Source: Anaeramoeba ignava BMAN (Eukaryota; Protista; Anaeramoebae). Taken from it: a DNA stretch of 64,000 bases. Under the pieces are notes generated by a model that had not been told where the DNA came from, searched no databases, and saw nothing but the letters and a program-made list of their open reading frames with translations. Location of the stretch: positions 124,001-188,000 of the forward strand of contig JAPDFW010000099.1 in NCBI GenBank assembly GCA_028826165.1, written 5' to 3'. A program made the position numbers and the translations under genes. Below are positions 43,601-53,703 of this stretch, piece by piece. The first letter of the stretch is position 1. Every line of letters starts with the position of its first letter.

Positions 43601-46022
43601 TTCTTGTTGTTATATAAGTTGGTGAAGAAGGATTTCCGCATATATTGCTAGGCACACTGCACACTTTGATTTGAATGGAGTATTCTTCGTTTCCTGTGAT
43701 ATTTGGATACAAAGAAGAGTTGAACCACTGATATCGTAAATTGTCGTTTTTCAAAGCAGGATTTTGAATCAATTTCCAACCAAATCCGTAATCGATTTGA
43801 TATTCAAATTGCTCGTCGTTTTGGATCTTGATCCAATCACACTTAAATTCTGAAAACAATCCAATACATCTTGTCACAACCACTTGAGGCATAAGAGGAG
43901 GAATTTGGATCAGAAATTCAGTCAGTATTGATGGATAGTTTCCCTGCCCTGTCATATAATACACATTGTTTGATCTATCAAAAACGCCAAACGGCGAACC
44001 ATAATAATCGCTAAGTGTTGTGTTGGAAAGCATTTGGTTCGTTTGGAGATCAATTTCAATCACCGCAGTTGTTGATTCCTCTTCCATCTCATTTTGAAAC
44101 TCCGTGAAGAAAAATCCCAGTCTTGCCTTCTGATCAATAAACAAATTTGTGAAATAATCAACTCCGTAGATTTCTTGGCAATAGAACAGTTGCATATGAA
44201 TCAAATCAATCACACAGATTTGGGAGTAATCCGTGGAACCTAGTTTTTGTTTAGAGTCTGAGTCTTCATAACCTCCAGTTCCTGTGCCGAAATACAAAGT
44301 TTGATTGACTTCGTCGATTCTTGAAACGGAAATATCATAATCCGTTAAATTAAGAGTATCTATGATCTCCAATGTTGGCGTCTGGATCTTGGCCAAATAA
44401 TAATAGTCGCCATCTTCAGTGTAGTTGTCAATATATCCATAAAGATGTCCATTGCTATAATCAAATAAGAAAAACTCTACATAAACCTCTTCACCGAGAT
44501 TCACCGTATTCAGAATTTCCAAATCAGGACAACTCAATTCTATAAGCAAATAATAATCATAATAATCCATACTGTAATTTTCATAGGAAACATAAACCCG
44601 ATTTCGATAGGGATCATACACTGTATCATAAACATATCCATAAGGATAAATAGTATTATATTCGATGTTATGCAGATTGTACAAGTCCACTGTGATCACA
44701 ACGAGTCCCCAATCATCCAAAAAAAAATACGCGAATCCATTCACATTATCGATGTTTCCAACCCAAATTTCATATTCCTCAATAACAACATAATCCACGA
44801 GACTGAAAGAAGGGATATCAATTTTGGCAATGATTGAGTCCTCGTCTGTAAAAACAAGGTAAAGATACTGATTTTCCTCATCAATAAGAATCCTTTCTGG
44901 ATACATAAAGTCAGCAATATAAGTCGAGGTTATCGCATCAAATTCAGTCAGGTTGAATTTGACAATTTCTCCGAAATATAAAGAAATATACGCAACGTTG
45001 CTCTGCAAATCAAAGCATGATGCATAAGAATCATAACTGTTGAAGTAGTAACTGTCCGATAGTGTGAACGATGTCAGATTCATTTTTCGCACAGCAGGAT
45101 AATTTGTGATGAAATACGCCATATTCTCATCATCATTCACAGCTGCTCCTGAGCATCCCCCGTAATTGTCTACAAGCAATGAATCAACCACAGAAAAATT
45201 TGAGACATCAATTTTGATCGCCAAACAAGGGTCATCATATGTTGAAAAATAAAGATAATCCTTTGCCTGTCCAAAAAATCCATAATTAAGTGCATTTTCG
45301 GAAATATTGCTCACATTTACCCCATCAATCACAGTGAAATCCGTTAAATTGATTTTGTAGATCGTTGGATAATCCACATAAGAAATACTCGCTGCTAAAT
45401 AAAGAAGTTCATTTTCAAGATCAATCACACTTCCCCAAGAATAATAAGCACCCATCGCAATAGCATCTTGCTGTTCGAAACTAGTCAGATTGATTTTCAG
45501 AACCTCGGATTGATATCCAGTTCCGAAATACGCAATTTGATTTTCAATATCAATTTGTGCTGTTGAGAAAACACCAAAATTATATTCAAAATACAGAAAA
45601 TCAACAACTTCAAAAGTTCTCAAATCAACCTTGCAAATTTCCATTGGCGATTCTTCCGATCCAAAATAAGCAAAATGATTTTCTGAATCAAATACTCCAG
45701 TTCCAACCCCCCAAATGCCTAAATCTAATTTGCTAACAAGATCAAGTGTGTCAATTCTCAACTTGTAAAGTTTTCCTGTTAATAAATCGCCATTTTCATC
45801 AACTGGTGAATCTGCAAAATATACAAATCCTTCTGTTTTATCAATGAAACTGTAACTTGGATTTTGGATTCCTTCTTTAAAGCTAATTTGATTATGTTCA
45901 ATCAGTTGCCCTTCTACTATCGAAATTGAAATCAAAATCAAAATGAAACTTAGAAACAAAATTAATTTTTTCATCATCTTTTTTTTTTTAAAAAGAAAAA
46001 GAATTGAAAAATAAAAAAACAA
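40665..46022 (-). CDS. Large type-I membrane surface protein: signal peptide, beta-propeller-like region, FN3 repeats, TM helix, short basic tail
   Basis: The signal peptide is MMKKLILFLSFILILISISIVEG (true start probably ~45977). Repeated xDxxNxxAYF blades follow, then FN3 motifs (W..P...YxxxY, L.GxxEYxVSIRGC) and the TM segment VISISVVVPVVAIAIIIVVIIVV followed by RKSKKH. Confidence 0.85.
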   Translation of the reverse strand: MFFYFSILFLFKKKKMMKKLILFLSFILILISISIVEGQLIEHNQISFKEGIQNPSYSFIDKTEGFVYFADSPVDENGDLLTGKLYKLRIDTLDLVSKLDLGIWGVGTGVFDSENHFAYFGSEESPMEICKVDLRTFEVVDFLYFEYNFGVFSTAQIDIENQIAYFGTGYQSEVLKINLTSFEQQDAIAMGAYYSWGSVIDLENELLYLAASISYVDYPTIYKINLTDFTVIDGVNVSNISENALNYGFFGQAKDYLYFSTYDDPCLAIKIDVSNFSVVDSLLVDNYGGCSGAAVNDDENMAYFITNYPAVRKMNLTSFTLSDSYYFNSYDSYASCFDLQSNVAYISLYFGEIVKFNLTEFDAITSTYIADFMYPERILIDEENQYLYLVFTDEDSIIAKIDIPSFSLVDYVVIEEYEIWVGNIDNVNGFAYFFLDDWGLVVITVDLYNLHNIEYNTIYPYGYVYDTVYDPYRNRVYVSYENYSMDYYDYYLLIELSCPDLEILNTVNLGEEVYVEFFLFDYSNGHLYGYIDNYTEDGDYYYLAKIQTPTLEIIDTLNLTDYDISVSRIDEVNQTLYFGTGTGGYEDSDSKQKLGSTDYSQICVIDLIHMQLFYCQEIYGVDYFTNLFIDQKARLGFFFTEFQNEMEEESTTAVIEIDLQTNQMLSNTTLSDYYGSPFGVFDRSNNVYYMTGQGNYPSILTEFLIQIPPLMPQVVVTRCIGLFSEFKCDWIKIQNDEQFEYQIDYGFGWKLIQNPALKNDNLRYQWFNSSLYPNITGNEEYSIQIKVCSVPSNICGNPSSPTYITTRIDAVKDYSLEGYRDYIKVFWDYPDVQIIEEIPNLAYYVICYEQESGEPSEVTVGDPSATSFEIDGLEFGYTYYVSMWACSTEECDYQNRGKRVKSSIPTGFPNVTNFDCFVSDVLLVNCSWSPPPISSSPTFYNFTYQATSKEDSSASYPNSTSQSFRANFQSQNYQVNVSACNLNGFCGSVSTLNISTGRLPPPDISEWISQPEQIEIIFASLYPDISEAYLVSIDNGTNWQQFSSIYPNGNQMVGLISPLQGNVEYLVSIRGCTDSSCQLDYLGLASSSISVTPKLGNISLNCVSVFYGFYCDWEPLALSEGLKGYSFTYNSTSVCLSYLRTSYSVDNLLGGTNYQISVSASADSNCDYNDYSGLSSTMSLTILRFPPPSVNGSVSKIEEIELIFSSSYQNLIKAYLVSIDNGINWENFTSIYSNGNQMVGSVSPLQGNVEYLVSIRGCSDTSCESGYLGFPSSSISVTPKLGNITSLNCSGTVCGFECDWTPLVLSEGLKGYSLTYNSESICLSSSATSYSVGNLLGGANYQISISASADSNCDYNDYSGLSLTTSTTTLHLPAPSVNGSVSKIEEIELIFSKISQAKAYLVSIDNGTNWQQFSSIYPNGNQMVGSVFPLQGNVEYLVSIRGCSDTSCESGYLGFPSSSISVTPKLGNITSLNCSGTVCGFECDWTPLVLSEGLKGYSLTYNSESICLSSSATSYSVGNLLGGANYQISISASADSNCDYNDYSGLSLTTSTTTLHLPAPSVNGSVSKIEEIELIFSSSYQNLIKAYLVSIDNGINWENFTSIYPNGNQMVGSVFPLQGNVEYLVSIRGCSDTSCESGYLGFPSSSISVTPKLGSITSLNCSGTVCGFECDWTPLVLSEGLKGYSLTYNSESICLSAAMTSFTSYNLLGETTYQISISASADWKCSESVYSGLSLSTSITTLPAPVEKANSSSNAKVISISVVVPVVAIAIIIVVIIVVRKSKKH
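40800..43025 (-). repeat. Four ~555-561-bp internal repeats (two FN3-like modules each)
   Basis: Homologous blocks start at ~40963, 41524, 42079 and 42640. Confidence 0.92.
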
Positions 46023-46294
46023 AAATAACCAATTTTTTTCTTTTTAAAAATTTTAAACCAAAAAAAAATTTTTTTTTCCATGATCAAAAAATTTTTAATT
46101 TAATTTTTAATTATTTAATAAAGTTAATTTAATCCCCTTATCTTCAATTATTAATTAATTAAAATTTAAATAAGTCTTGAATGAATATTTTTTTCCTTTT
46201 ATTTTTAAACCCTAATTTCTTAAATTAAAAAAAATAATTCCAATTAAGATTACTAAAAATATAAATTGATCTAATTTCTATTCCAACTGTAAAC

Positions 46295-47100
46295 AATTAT
46301 TTATAAATTATTTATAAACTATATTTAATTTATAAATATTTTTATTTAATTTTTTATCATTTATTTTATTTATTTTCAATTATTTATTATTAATAAATTA
46401 TTTATAAATTATATTTTATTAATAAACTTATTATTAAAATAATACTTTTTAATTTATAAATATTTATATTCAATTTATTAATATTTTTATTTAATTTTTA
46501 TCATTTATTTTATTTATTTTCAATTATTTATTATTAATAAATTATTTATAAATTATATTTTATTAATAAATTCATTATTAAAATAATACTTTTTAATTTA
46601 TAAATATTTATATTTAATTTATTAATATTTTTATTTAATTTTTATCATTTATTTTATTTATTTTCAATTATTTATTATTAATAAATTATTTATAAATTAT
46701 ATTTTATTAATAAACTTATTATTAAAATAATACTTTTTAATTTATAAATATTTATATTCAATTTATCAATATTTTTATTTAATTTTTATCATTTATTTTA
46801 ATTATTTTCAATTATTTCTTATTTATAAATTATTTATAAATTATATTTAATTAATAAATTCATTATTAAAATAATACTTTTTAGTTAATAAATATTTATA
46901 TTTAATTTATTAATATTTTTATTTAATTTTTTATCATTTATTTTACTTATTTTCAATTATTTCTTATTAATAAATTATTTATAAATTATATTTTATTAAT
47001 AAACTTATTATTAAAATAATACTTTTTAATTTATAAATATTTATATTTAATTTATCAATATTTTTATTTAATTTTTTATCATTTATTTTATTTATTTTCA
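46295..47100. repeat. Tandem array C, ~5.5 x 144-145 bp
   Basis: The C of the marker TAATACTTTTT falls at 46445, 46589, 46733, 46877 and 47022. Confidence 0.95.
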
Positions 47101-47208
47101 ATTAATTAAAATTGAATTTGTTTCTTATTTATTGATTTGAAGAAATTAATTTGATTGAAAATAAATGAAAATAAAATTAAATTTTGAAAAAAAATGAAAA
47201 AAAAGTTT

Positions 47209-48780
47209 TTAAACGAAATAAGTTTCAAGTTCATCAACAACCCATGAATTGTAAGAACCAGCTAAATAACTTTTTGCTTCATCTGTTCCATAAGTAATTA
47301 GATTAGGTAGATTATAACTTCTACCAAAATTTGAATAACCTGATTGTAAATTAGATTTCACAGCAAAATCAGCTCCTCCACCAAATCTTGCTCCCCAATC
47401 TGACAGATATTCAATTGCATATTGTTCTTCTCCTTGTTTAATTGTAAACTTTGCAGGTATTCTATCTCCTTTATCATTTCTTAATGAAAAAATAAATGCA
47501 TTTGGATCTGTTAAACATCCTGATTTTTCAGAATTCCATCCAACTTGAGTAAAACCTCCAAAAATAAAATTATCTTTTGTTTTGATAATAATTAATGTTT
47601 TTCCTTTCCCATCAACTGCTTTATGCCAATTTTGAGAATTAAATCCATTTATTTTTGCTGAAAATCCTTTTTTCATTTTAGAAAAAAAATCATTATCATT
47701 TATCCATTCTTGTAATTTCTTAACATATTCAATATCTTTCATAATTTCTGAATCTGAAAAAATCTTTTGAAATTGTTTTTTTATTTCTTCAATTTCATCA
47801 AAAATAGGTTTCATTTTTTCATTCTCTGCTTTCAAATTTTGATTCTCTTTCTTCCATTTCTCTTCAATTTCAATTTTCATTTGTTGATTTTGCTTTTCTT
47901 TGTTTTCAATTTCTTTTTGATTATCTTGAATAATTTTGTTTTGAATATCAACTAAAAAAGATTTGGGAAAAAAATCAAATTGTTTTAATTTATCAAAATC
48001 TTGTTTTGAAATTGAATCTTTATCAAATAATGAAGAAAAAGAATGAAATAATCTTTTATTTTCAATTCCCTTTTCTTTTTCTTTTTCTTTTTCTTTCTTT
48101 CCTTTTAATCTTTCATTTCTTTTTTCAATCCAATTATTTAAAAATTGAAAAAAATCAAATTGAAAAATTTCTTTTTTTTCTTGTTTAAATTGAATAAATT
48201 TGATAATTTCTTCTTTAGTTAAATTGAATAAATTCTCATTATTTTGAATTTGGGAAAAATTTTGATTTATTAATTCAAAACATTTTATTTCAATTTCATT
48301 TGAATTTAAATCTCGATTTTGGAATAAAAATTGGAAAAAATTTGAATAATTAATTGAATTTGAAATTTTTTTTTGAATAATTTCTTTCAATAAATTTAAT
48401 TTAAAATAAATTGAAATTTCCAATAATTGGATAAGATTTTCTTGATTATCAAAAGAAATATTTCCATAATAAATATAACTCAAAATTGATTCCATTTCTT
48501 TTTTATTAAATTGATTTAAAAAAATAGAAAGAGATTCTTGCCTTAATGACTCATTAAAAAAAGGAGATCTTGAAGATAAAATTGATTTATGAACTTTAAT
48601 TTCAAAAGGATTTGATTTATTCTCAACAAAAATTGAAAAATCTTTAAATGAATTTCCATTTAAAAGGTTTGAATAATTTTTAATTAAATTTTTTGTTACT
48701 TTTTTTTCTAAATTTTTCATTTCATTTTCATTTTCATTTTGATTTTCATTTTCAATTTGGTTATTATTATTATTATCCAT
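47209..48780 (-). CDS. BTB/POZ-(BACK-like)-coiled coil-TLDc protein
   Basis: The BTB motif is FKDFSIF...IKVHKSILSSRSPFF. The TLDc motifs are GFSAKINGFNSQNWHKAVDGKGKTLIIIKTKDNFIFGGFT, AFIFSL, FGGGADF, YLAG and VDELETY. Confidence 0.92.
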   Translation of the reverse strand: MDNNNNNQIENENQNENENEMKNLEKKVTKNLIKNYSNLLNGNSFKDFSIFVENKSNPFEIKVHKSILSSRSPFFNESLRQESLSIFLNQFNKKEMESILSYIYYGNISFDNQENLIQLLEISIYFKLNLLKEIIQKKISNSINYSNFFQFLFQNRDLNSNEIEIKCFELINQNFSQIQNNENLFNLTKEEIIKFIQFKQEKKEIFQFDFFQFLNNWIEKRNERLKGKKEKEKEKEKGIENKRLFHSFSSLFDKDSISKQDFDKLKQFDFFPKSFLVDIQNKIIQDNQKEIENKEKQNQQMKIEIEEKWKKENQNLKAENEKMKPIFDEIEEIKKQFQKIFSDSEIMKDIEYVKKLQEWINDNDFFSKMKKGFSAKINGFNSQNWHKAVDGKGKTLIIIKTKDNFIFGGFTQVGWNSEKSGCLTDPNAFIFSLRNDKGDRIPAKFTIKQGEEQYAIEYLSDWGARFGGGADFAVKSNLQSGYSNFGRSYNLPNLITYGTDEAKSYLAGSYNSWVVDELETYFV

Positions 48781-48867
48781 TTTGTTTTTTTGTTTTTTGT
48801 TTTTTGTTTTTTGTTTGTGTTTTTTTTGTTTTAAAAAAAAGGAAAAAATGAAAAATGAAAAATATTT

Positions 48868-50495
48868 TTAATCTAAATTTAAATTGAGTATTTTGATAAT
48901 TTTATCAAGTTTTGTAATATATTCTAATAAAAAAGCATCTCTCTTCTCATTTTCAAACCACCATTTATGAGATTCCAAAACCATACAAACAAAGAAAAAT
49001 TTGAAATGAATTCTTCTTTTATCAAATAAAGGAGGTTTTTGAACACCATATTTAATTAATTCCTGAATGAAAAAGTGCCTGAATCCAAAATTATGGTTGT
49101 CCATCTTGAATAAATCAGTGTTTATGAATTCGTGATCTAACGGAAAAGAACCAGAATATTCCCAATCAAGAATTCCAGTAATTTTCAATGATTTGGGGTT
49201 GATTAAAATATTGTCACTAAACAAGTCACCGTGACATAAAGCGAAAGTATTTTCGCATTGGATTTGAGGAAGATGAGAATTTTTGTATTTCTTTAAAATT
49301 TCAACGTATTTTACAAGAGAAGGAGTTGATTCAAAAGCAGGAATTGTATTTCTAATTCTGACGTCAAAATATTCTTGGACTGAATTTAACGGACCTTCTC
49401 CGAATTCAATCATTGGGCCAATTTTGAGTTGATTATTTTCGGAAATTCCAATGAAGGATCCAATTTTATTGAATTTATATTTTTGTAATTGGGAAATATA
49501 AAAAGCGATTTGTGATAAAACTTTTTTTCGATTTTCAGTGTCTAGTTTGTAAAGAATTTTTTCAAGAACAATTCCTTCTATATTTTCCATCAAAACAAAT
49601 TCGTATCCAATAATTTCATTTCTTGTTTCTTGGTATGCGATAATTTTAGGGACTGGAACTGAAGTATTTTTGAGAAGAAAGTTATGTATTGTAACTTCGT
49701 GGATTGTTTTGATTTTATCCCAAAATGGTGATGGAGTTCTAATACGAAGGATATATTTTTTTGTTTGAATTTGATTTTGATTTTGATTTTTTTGATTATT
49801 TTGATTTTGAATTTGATTTTGATTTTGATTTTGATTTTGATTTTGAATTTGAATTTGATTTTTTTGATTATTTTGATTTTGATTTTGATTTTGATTTTGA
49901 ATTTGAATTTGATTTTGAATTTGATTTTTATTTTGATTTTGATTTGGATTTTGAATTTGATTTAAATTTTGATTTTGATTTTGAATTTGAATTTGAATTT
50001 GATTTTGATTTTGATTTTGATTTTTATTTTGATTTTGAATTTGAATTTGATTTTGATTTAAATTTTGATTTTGATTTTGATTTTGATTTAAATTTTGATT
50101 TTGATTTTGATTTTGATTTTGATTTTGATTTTGATTTTGATTTTGATTTTGAATTTGATTTTGATTTTGATTTTGATTTTGATTTTGATTTTGATTTTGA
50201 TTTTGATTTTGAATTTTGAATTTTGAATTTGATTTTGATTTTGAATTTGATTTTGATTTTCAATTTGATTTTGAATTTGATTTTGAATTTGATTTTGATT
50301 TTGATTTTGATTTTGATTTTGATTTAATTGATTTTCTTTTCTTGTTAAAGTTTCAATTAAATAAACATAATTTGTAATTCCTGTTTTAAATCTTTTCATT
50401 TGAATACATTCTGTATTTGAAGGAAATACTTTGAGTGATTTAATCAATTTATTAATTTGATTTATTGTAATTTCAATTTTTGGTTTTTCACTCAT
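48868..50495 (-). CDS. Aminoglycoside phosphotransferase / choline-kinase-like (APH) protein with a poly-NQ insert
   Basis: Motifs are GITNYVYLI, [NQ tract], KYILRI, HEV, VPVPKI, FVLMENIEG, LCHGDLFSDNILI and ILDWE. The gene reads as a single ORF if two extra T at ~50213-50225 are removed. Confidence 0.85.
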
Positions 50496-50604
50496 TTTTT
50501 TTATTAATAATTTTTAATTTTTAATAAATAAAAAAAGAGAAAAAAATGATTTCAAAAAATTTATTTCAAAAAAAATAATAATAAAAACTTTTTCATTAAT
50601 TTTT

Positions 50605-52778
50605 TTATAAATGAGATCTTAAAATTGAAAAATAAGAATCTAAAAAATTAGCAGAAAGACCCCAAATTATATTCTTTCTTAAATGTAAATCATCATATTT
50701 AATTCCAAATGTTGTTCCACTCCAAAGTTTTTCAGTTCCAAAAACTTGTCTTGATTTACTTTCAGTTTTTAATAAAACTTCTAATGAAATTTCAGAAGCA
50801 TATTCAATCTCATTTTTATCAAAGATATGATATTTATTTGCATTTTCTTCTTTCTATTTATTTTGAAATAGATTTAGATTTAGATTTATATTTAGATTTA
50901 TATTTATATTTATATTTATATTTAGATTTATATTTATATTTATATTTATATTTATATTTATATTTATATTTATATTTATATTTATATTTATATTTATATT
51001 TATATTTATATTTAAATTTATATTTATATTTATATTTATATTTATATTTAGATTTAGATTTAGATTTATATTTATATTTATATTTATATTTATATTAATA
51101 TTTATATTTATATTTATATTTATATTTATATTTATATTTATATTTATATTTATATTTATATTTATATTTATATTTATATTTATATTTATATTTATATTTA
51201 TATTTATATTTAAATTTATATTTATATTTAGATTTATATTTATATTTTATATTTATATTTAAATTTATATTTATATTTAGATTTATATTTATATTTATAT
51301 TTAAATTTATATTTATATTTAAATTTATATTTATATATTTAGATTATATTTATATTTTATATTTTATATTTTTGGATTTATATTTATATTTATATTTATA
51401 ATTATATTTATATTTATATTTATATTTTAAATATTTATATTTATATTTATATTTACATTTGTAATTATATTTATATTTATATTTATATTTAGATTTAGAT
51501 TTAGATTTAGATTTAGATTTTTTAGATTTTAGATTTATATTTATATTAATATTTATATTTTTATATTTATATTTATATTTATATTTATATTTATATTTAT
51601 ATTTTATATTTATATTTATATTTATATTTATATTTTATATTTATATTTTATATTTATATTTATATTTATTTAGATTTATATTTATATTTATATTTATATT
51701 TATATTTTTATTTATATTTATATTTATTTTATATTTAGATTTAGATTTAGATTTAGATTTAGATTTAGATTTAGATTTAGATTTAGATTTAGATTTAGAT
51801 TTATATTTATATTTATATTTATATTTATATTTATATTTATATTTATTTTTTATATTTATATTTATAAATATTTTATATTTATATTTATATTTATATTTAT
51901 ATTTATATTTATATTTATATTTATATTTATATTTATATTTATATTTATATTTATATTTATATTTATATTTATATTTATATTTATATTTATATTTAGATTT
52001 AGATTTATATTTATATTTAGATTTAGATTTAGATTTAGATTTAGATTTAGATTTAGATTTAGATTTTATATTTAGATTTAGATTTATATTTAGATTTAGA
52101 TTTATATTTATATTTATATTTATATTAATATTTATATTTATATTTATATTTATATTTATATTTATATTTATATTTATATTTATATTTATATTTATATTTA
52201 TATTTATATTTATATTTATATTTATATTTATATTTATATTTATATTTATATTTATATTTATATTTATATTTATATTTATATTTATATTTATATTTATATT
52301 TATATTTATATTTATAATTATATTTATATTTATATTTAGATTTTGATACATTTTTATCATTTGAATGCAAATAACCAACAAAAGGAAGAACCAAAAAATT
52401 AGAAGTCGATAAAGAAGGGGTAAAATTACCAATCAATTCAAAATTATTATACAAACCAGTTTCTTCATAAAGTTCTCTCAAAACAGTATTTTTCAAATTT
52501 TCATCAGATTTCTTATAAGAACCACCAGGAAAACAAAATTGATTTGGATGTCGAACTTTTCCTGTTCTTTTTAATATTAATAAATGAATTTTATTTGCTT
52601 TTTCAAAATTCATTAAAACAACTGATGCTATTTTTTTCTCTTCTTTTTTTGCTTTTTCAAGTTTTTCATATTTTTCCATTTTAAATACTTTTTTTAATAA
52701 TAAATAAAATTGTTCTGGTTTTTGTGCTAAATGAATTAATTTTTTATTTTGAAAATAACTTTCTGTTTTTGAAATCAT
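50605..52778 (-). CDS. Nudix hydrolase, CoA pyrophosphatase (NUDT7/8-like)
   Basis: The Nudix box is LILKR...[10 protein letters not shown]...[11 protein letters not shown], followed by VLPFVG. The intron spans ~50854-52349. Exon 2 ends IWGLSANFL...HL*. Confidence 0.88.
50854..52349 (-). repeat. 1.5-kb intron composed of (TAAATA/TAAATC)n
   Basis: Direct sequence, with a GT donor after ...DKN and a TAG acceptor. Confidence 0.88.
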
Positions 52779-52864
52779 ATTTGATTTTCAAAAAAAAATG
52801 AAAAAAAATGAAAAAAATGAAAAAAATGAAAAAAAAAGAAGGAATAAATTTTTTTTTTGGAAAT

Positions 52865-53605
52865 TCAAATTTTTTCGATATTAAAAGTTATTTTTTGATT
52901 CAATCTTTTGAATTGGGGTTTTTCTTCCTTTAAAAATTTTTTTATATCTTGTAATTTTGTTGATTTTGGATTTAATTGAAGTTGAACAAAAACGATTGGA
53001 TTTAGATTATCATTTTCATTATCATTTTCAAATATTTTATCATCATCATTTTCTTTAATTGGATTTTCATTATCATCTTCTTTAAATAGATTTTCATTAT
53101 CATCTTCTTTAAATAGATTTTCATTATCATCTTCTTTAAATGGATCTTCATTATCATCTTCTTTAAATGGATTTTCATTATCATCTTCATCTTCATCTTT
53201 ATCATCATTTTCAAATATATCATTTTCATCTTCATCTTCATTTTCATCTTTATCTTTATTTTTATTTTTATTTTTATCTTCATTTTCATCTTCATTTTCA
53301 AATAGATCTTCATCTTCATTTTCATCTTCATCAAATGGATTATCACTTTGATTTTTATTTTCATTTTGTTTTTGACTATCTTCACTTGTATCAAATGGAT
53401 TATCTTCCTTTTTTGGCTTTGATTTTGACTTTGATTTTGAATTTGATTTTGATTTTGATTTTGATTTTGACTTTGATTTTGACTTTGATTTTGATTTTGA
53501 TTTTTTATCTTTATTTTTATCTTTATCTTTATTTTTATCTTTATCTTTATCTGAATCGTCTTCAAATGGACTGTCCTCGCCAAATAGATCTTCGTCGTCA
53601 CTCAT
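52865..53605 (-). CDS. Acidic disordered protein with repeated NPF/DPF/LF-acidic motifs
   Basis: A 246-aa ORF with an Inr-like leader. Motifs are DLFGEDSPFEDD, DNPFD (x2), DLFENEDE, DIFENDD, ENPFKEDD, DPFKEDD and NLFKEDD (x2). Confidence 0.7.
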   Translation of the reverse strand: MSDDEDLFGEDSPFEDDSDKDKDKNKDKDKNKDKKSKSKSKSKSKSKSKSKSKSNSKSKSKSKPKKEDNPFDTSEDSQKQNENKNQSDNPFDEDENEDEDLFENEDENEDKNKNKNKDKDENEDEDENDIFENDDKDEDEDDNENPFKEDDNEDPFKEDDNENLFKEDDNENLFKEDDNENPIKENDDDKIFENDNENDNLNPIVFVQLQLNPKSTKLQDIKKFLKEEKPQFKRLNQKITFNIEKI

Positions 53606-53703
53606 TTTATTTAAAATGAAAAAATGAAAAAATGAAAAAAATGAAAAAAATGAAAAAATGAAAAAAGAAAGGAAAAATTATTTAAAAAAAGGAAATTTAA
53701 ATT

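Noticed and set aside
23185-47100. Long-period arrays as CRISPR arrays
   Set aside because: The whole unit is repeated, with no unique spacers and no cas genes, in a eukaryotic context.
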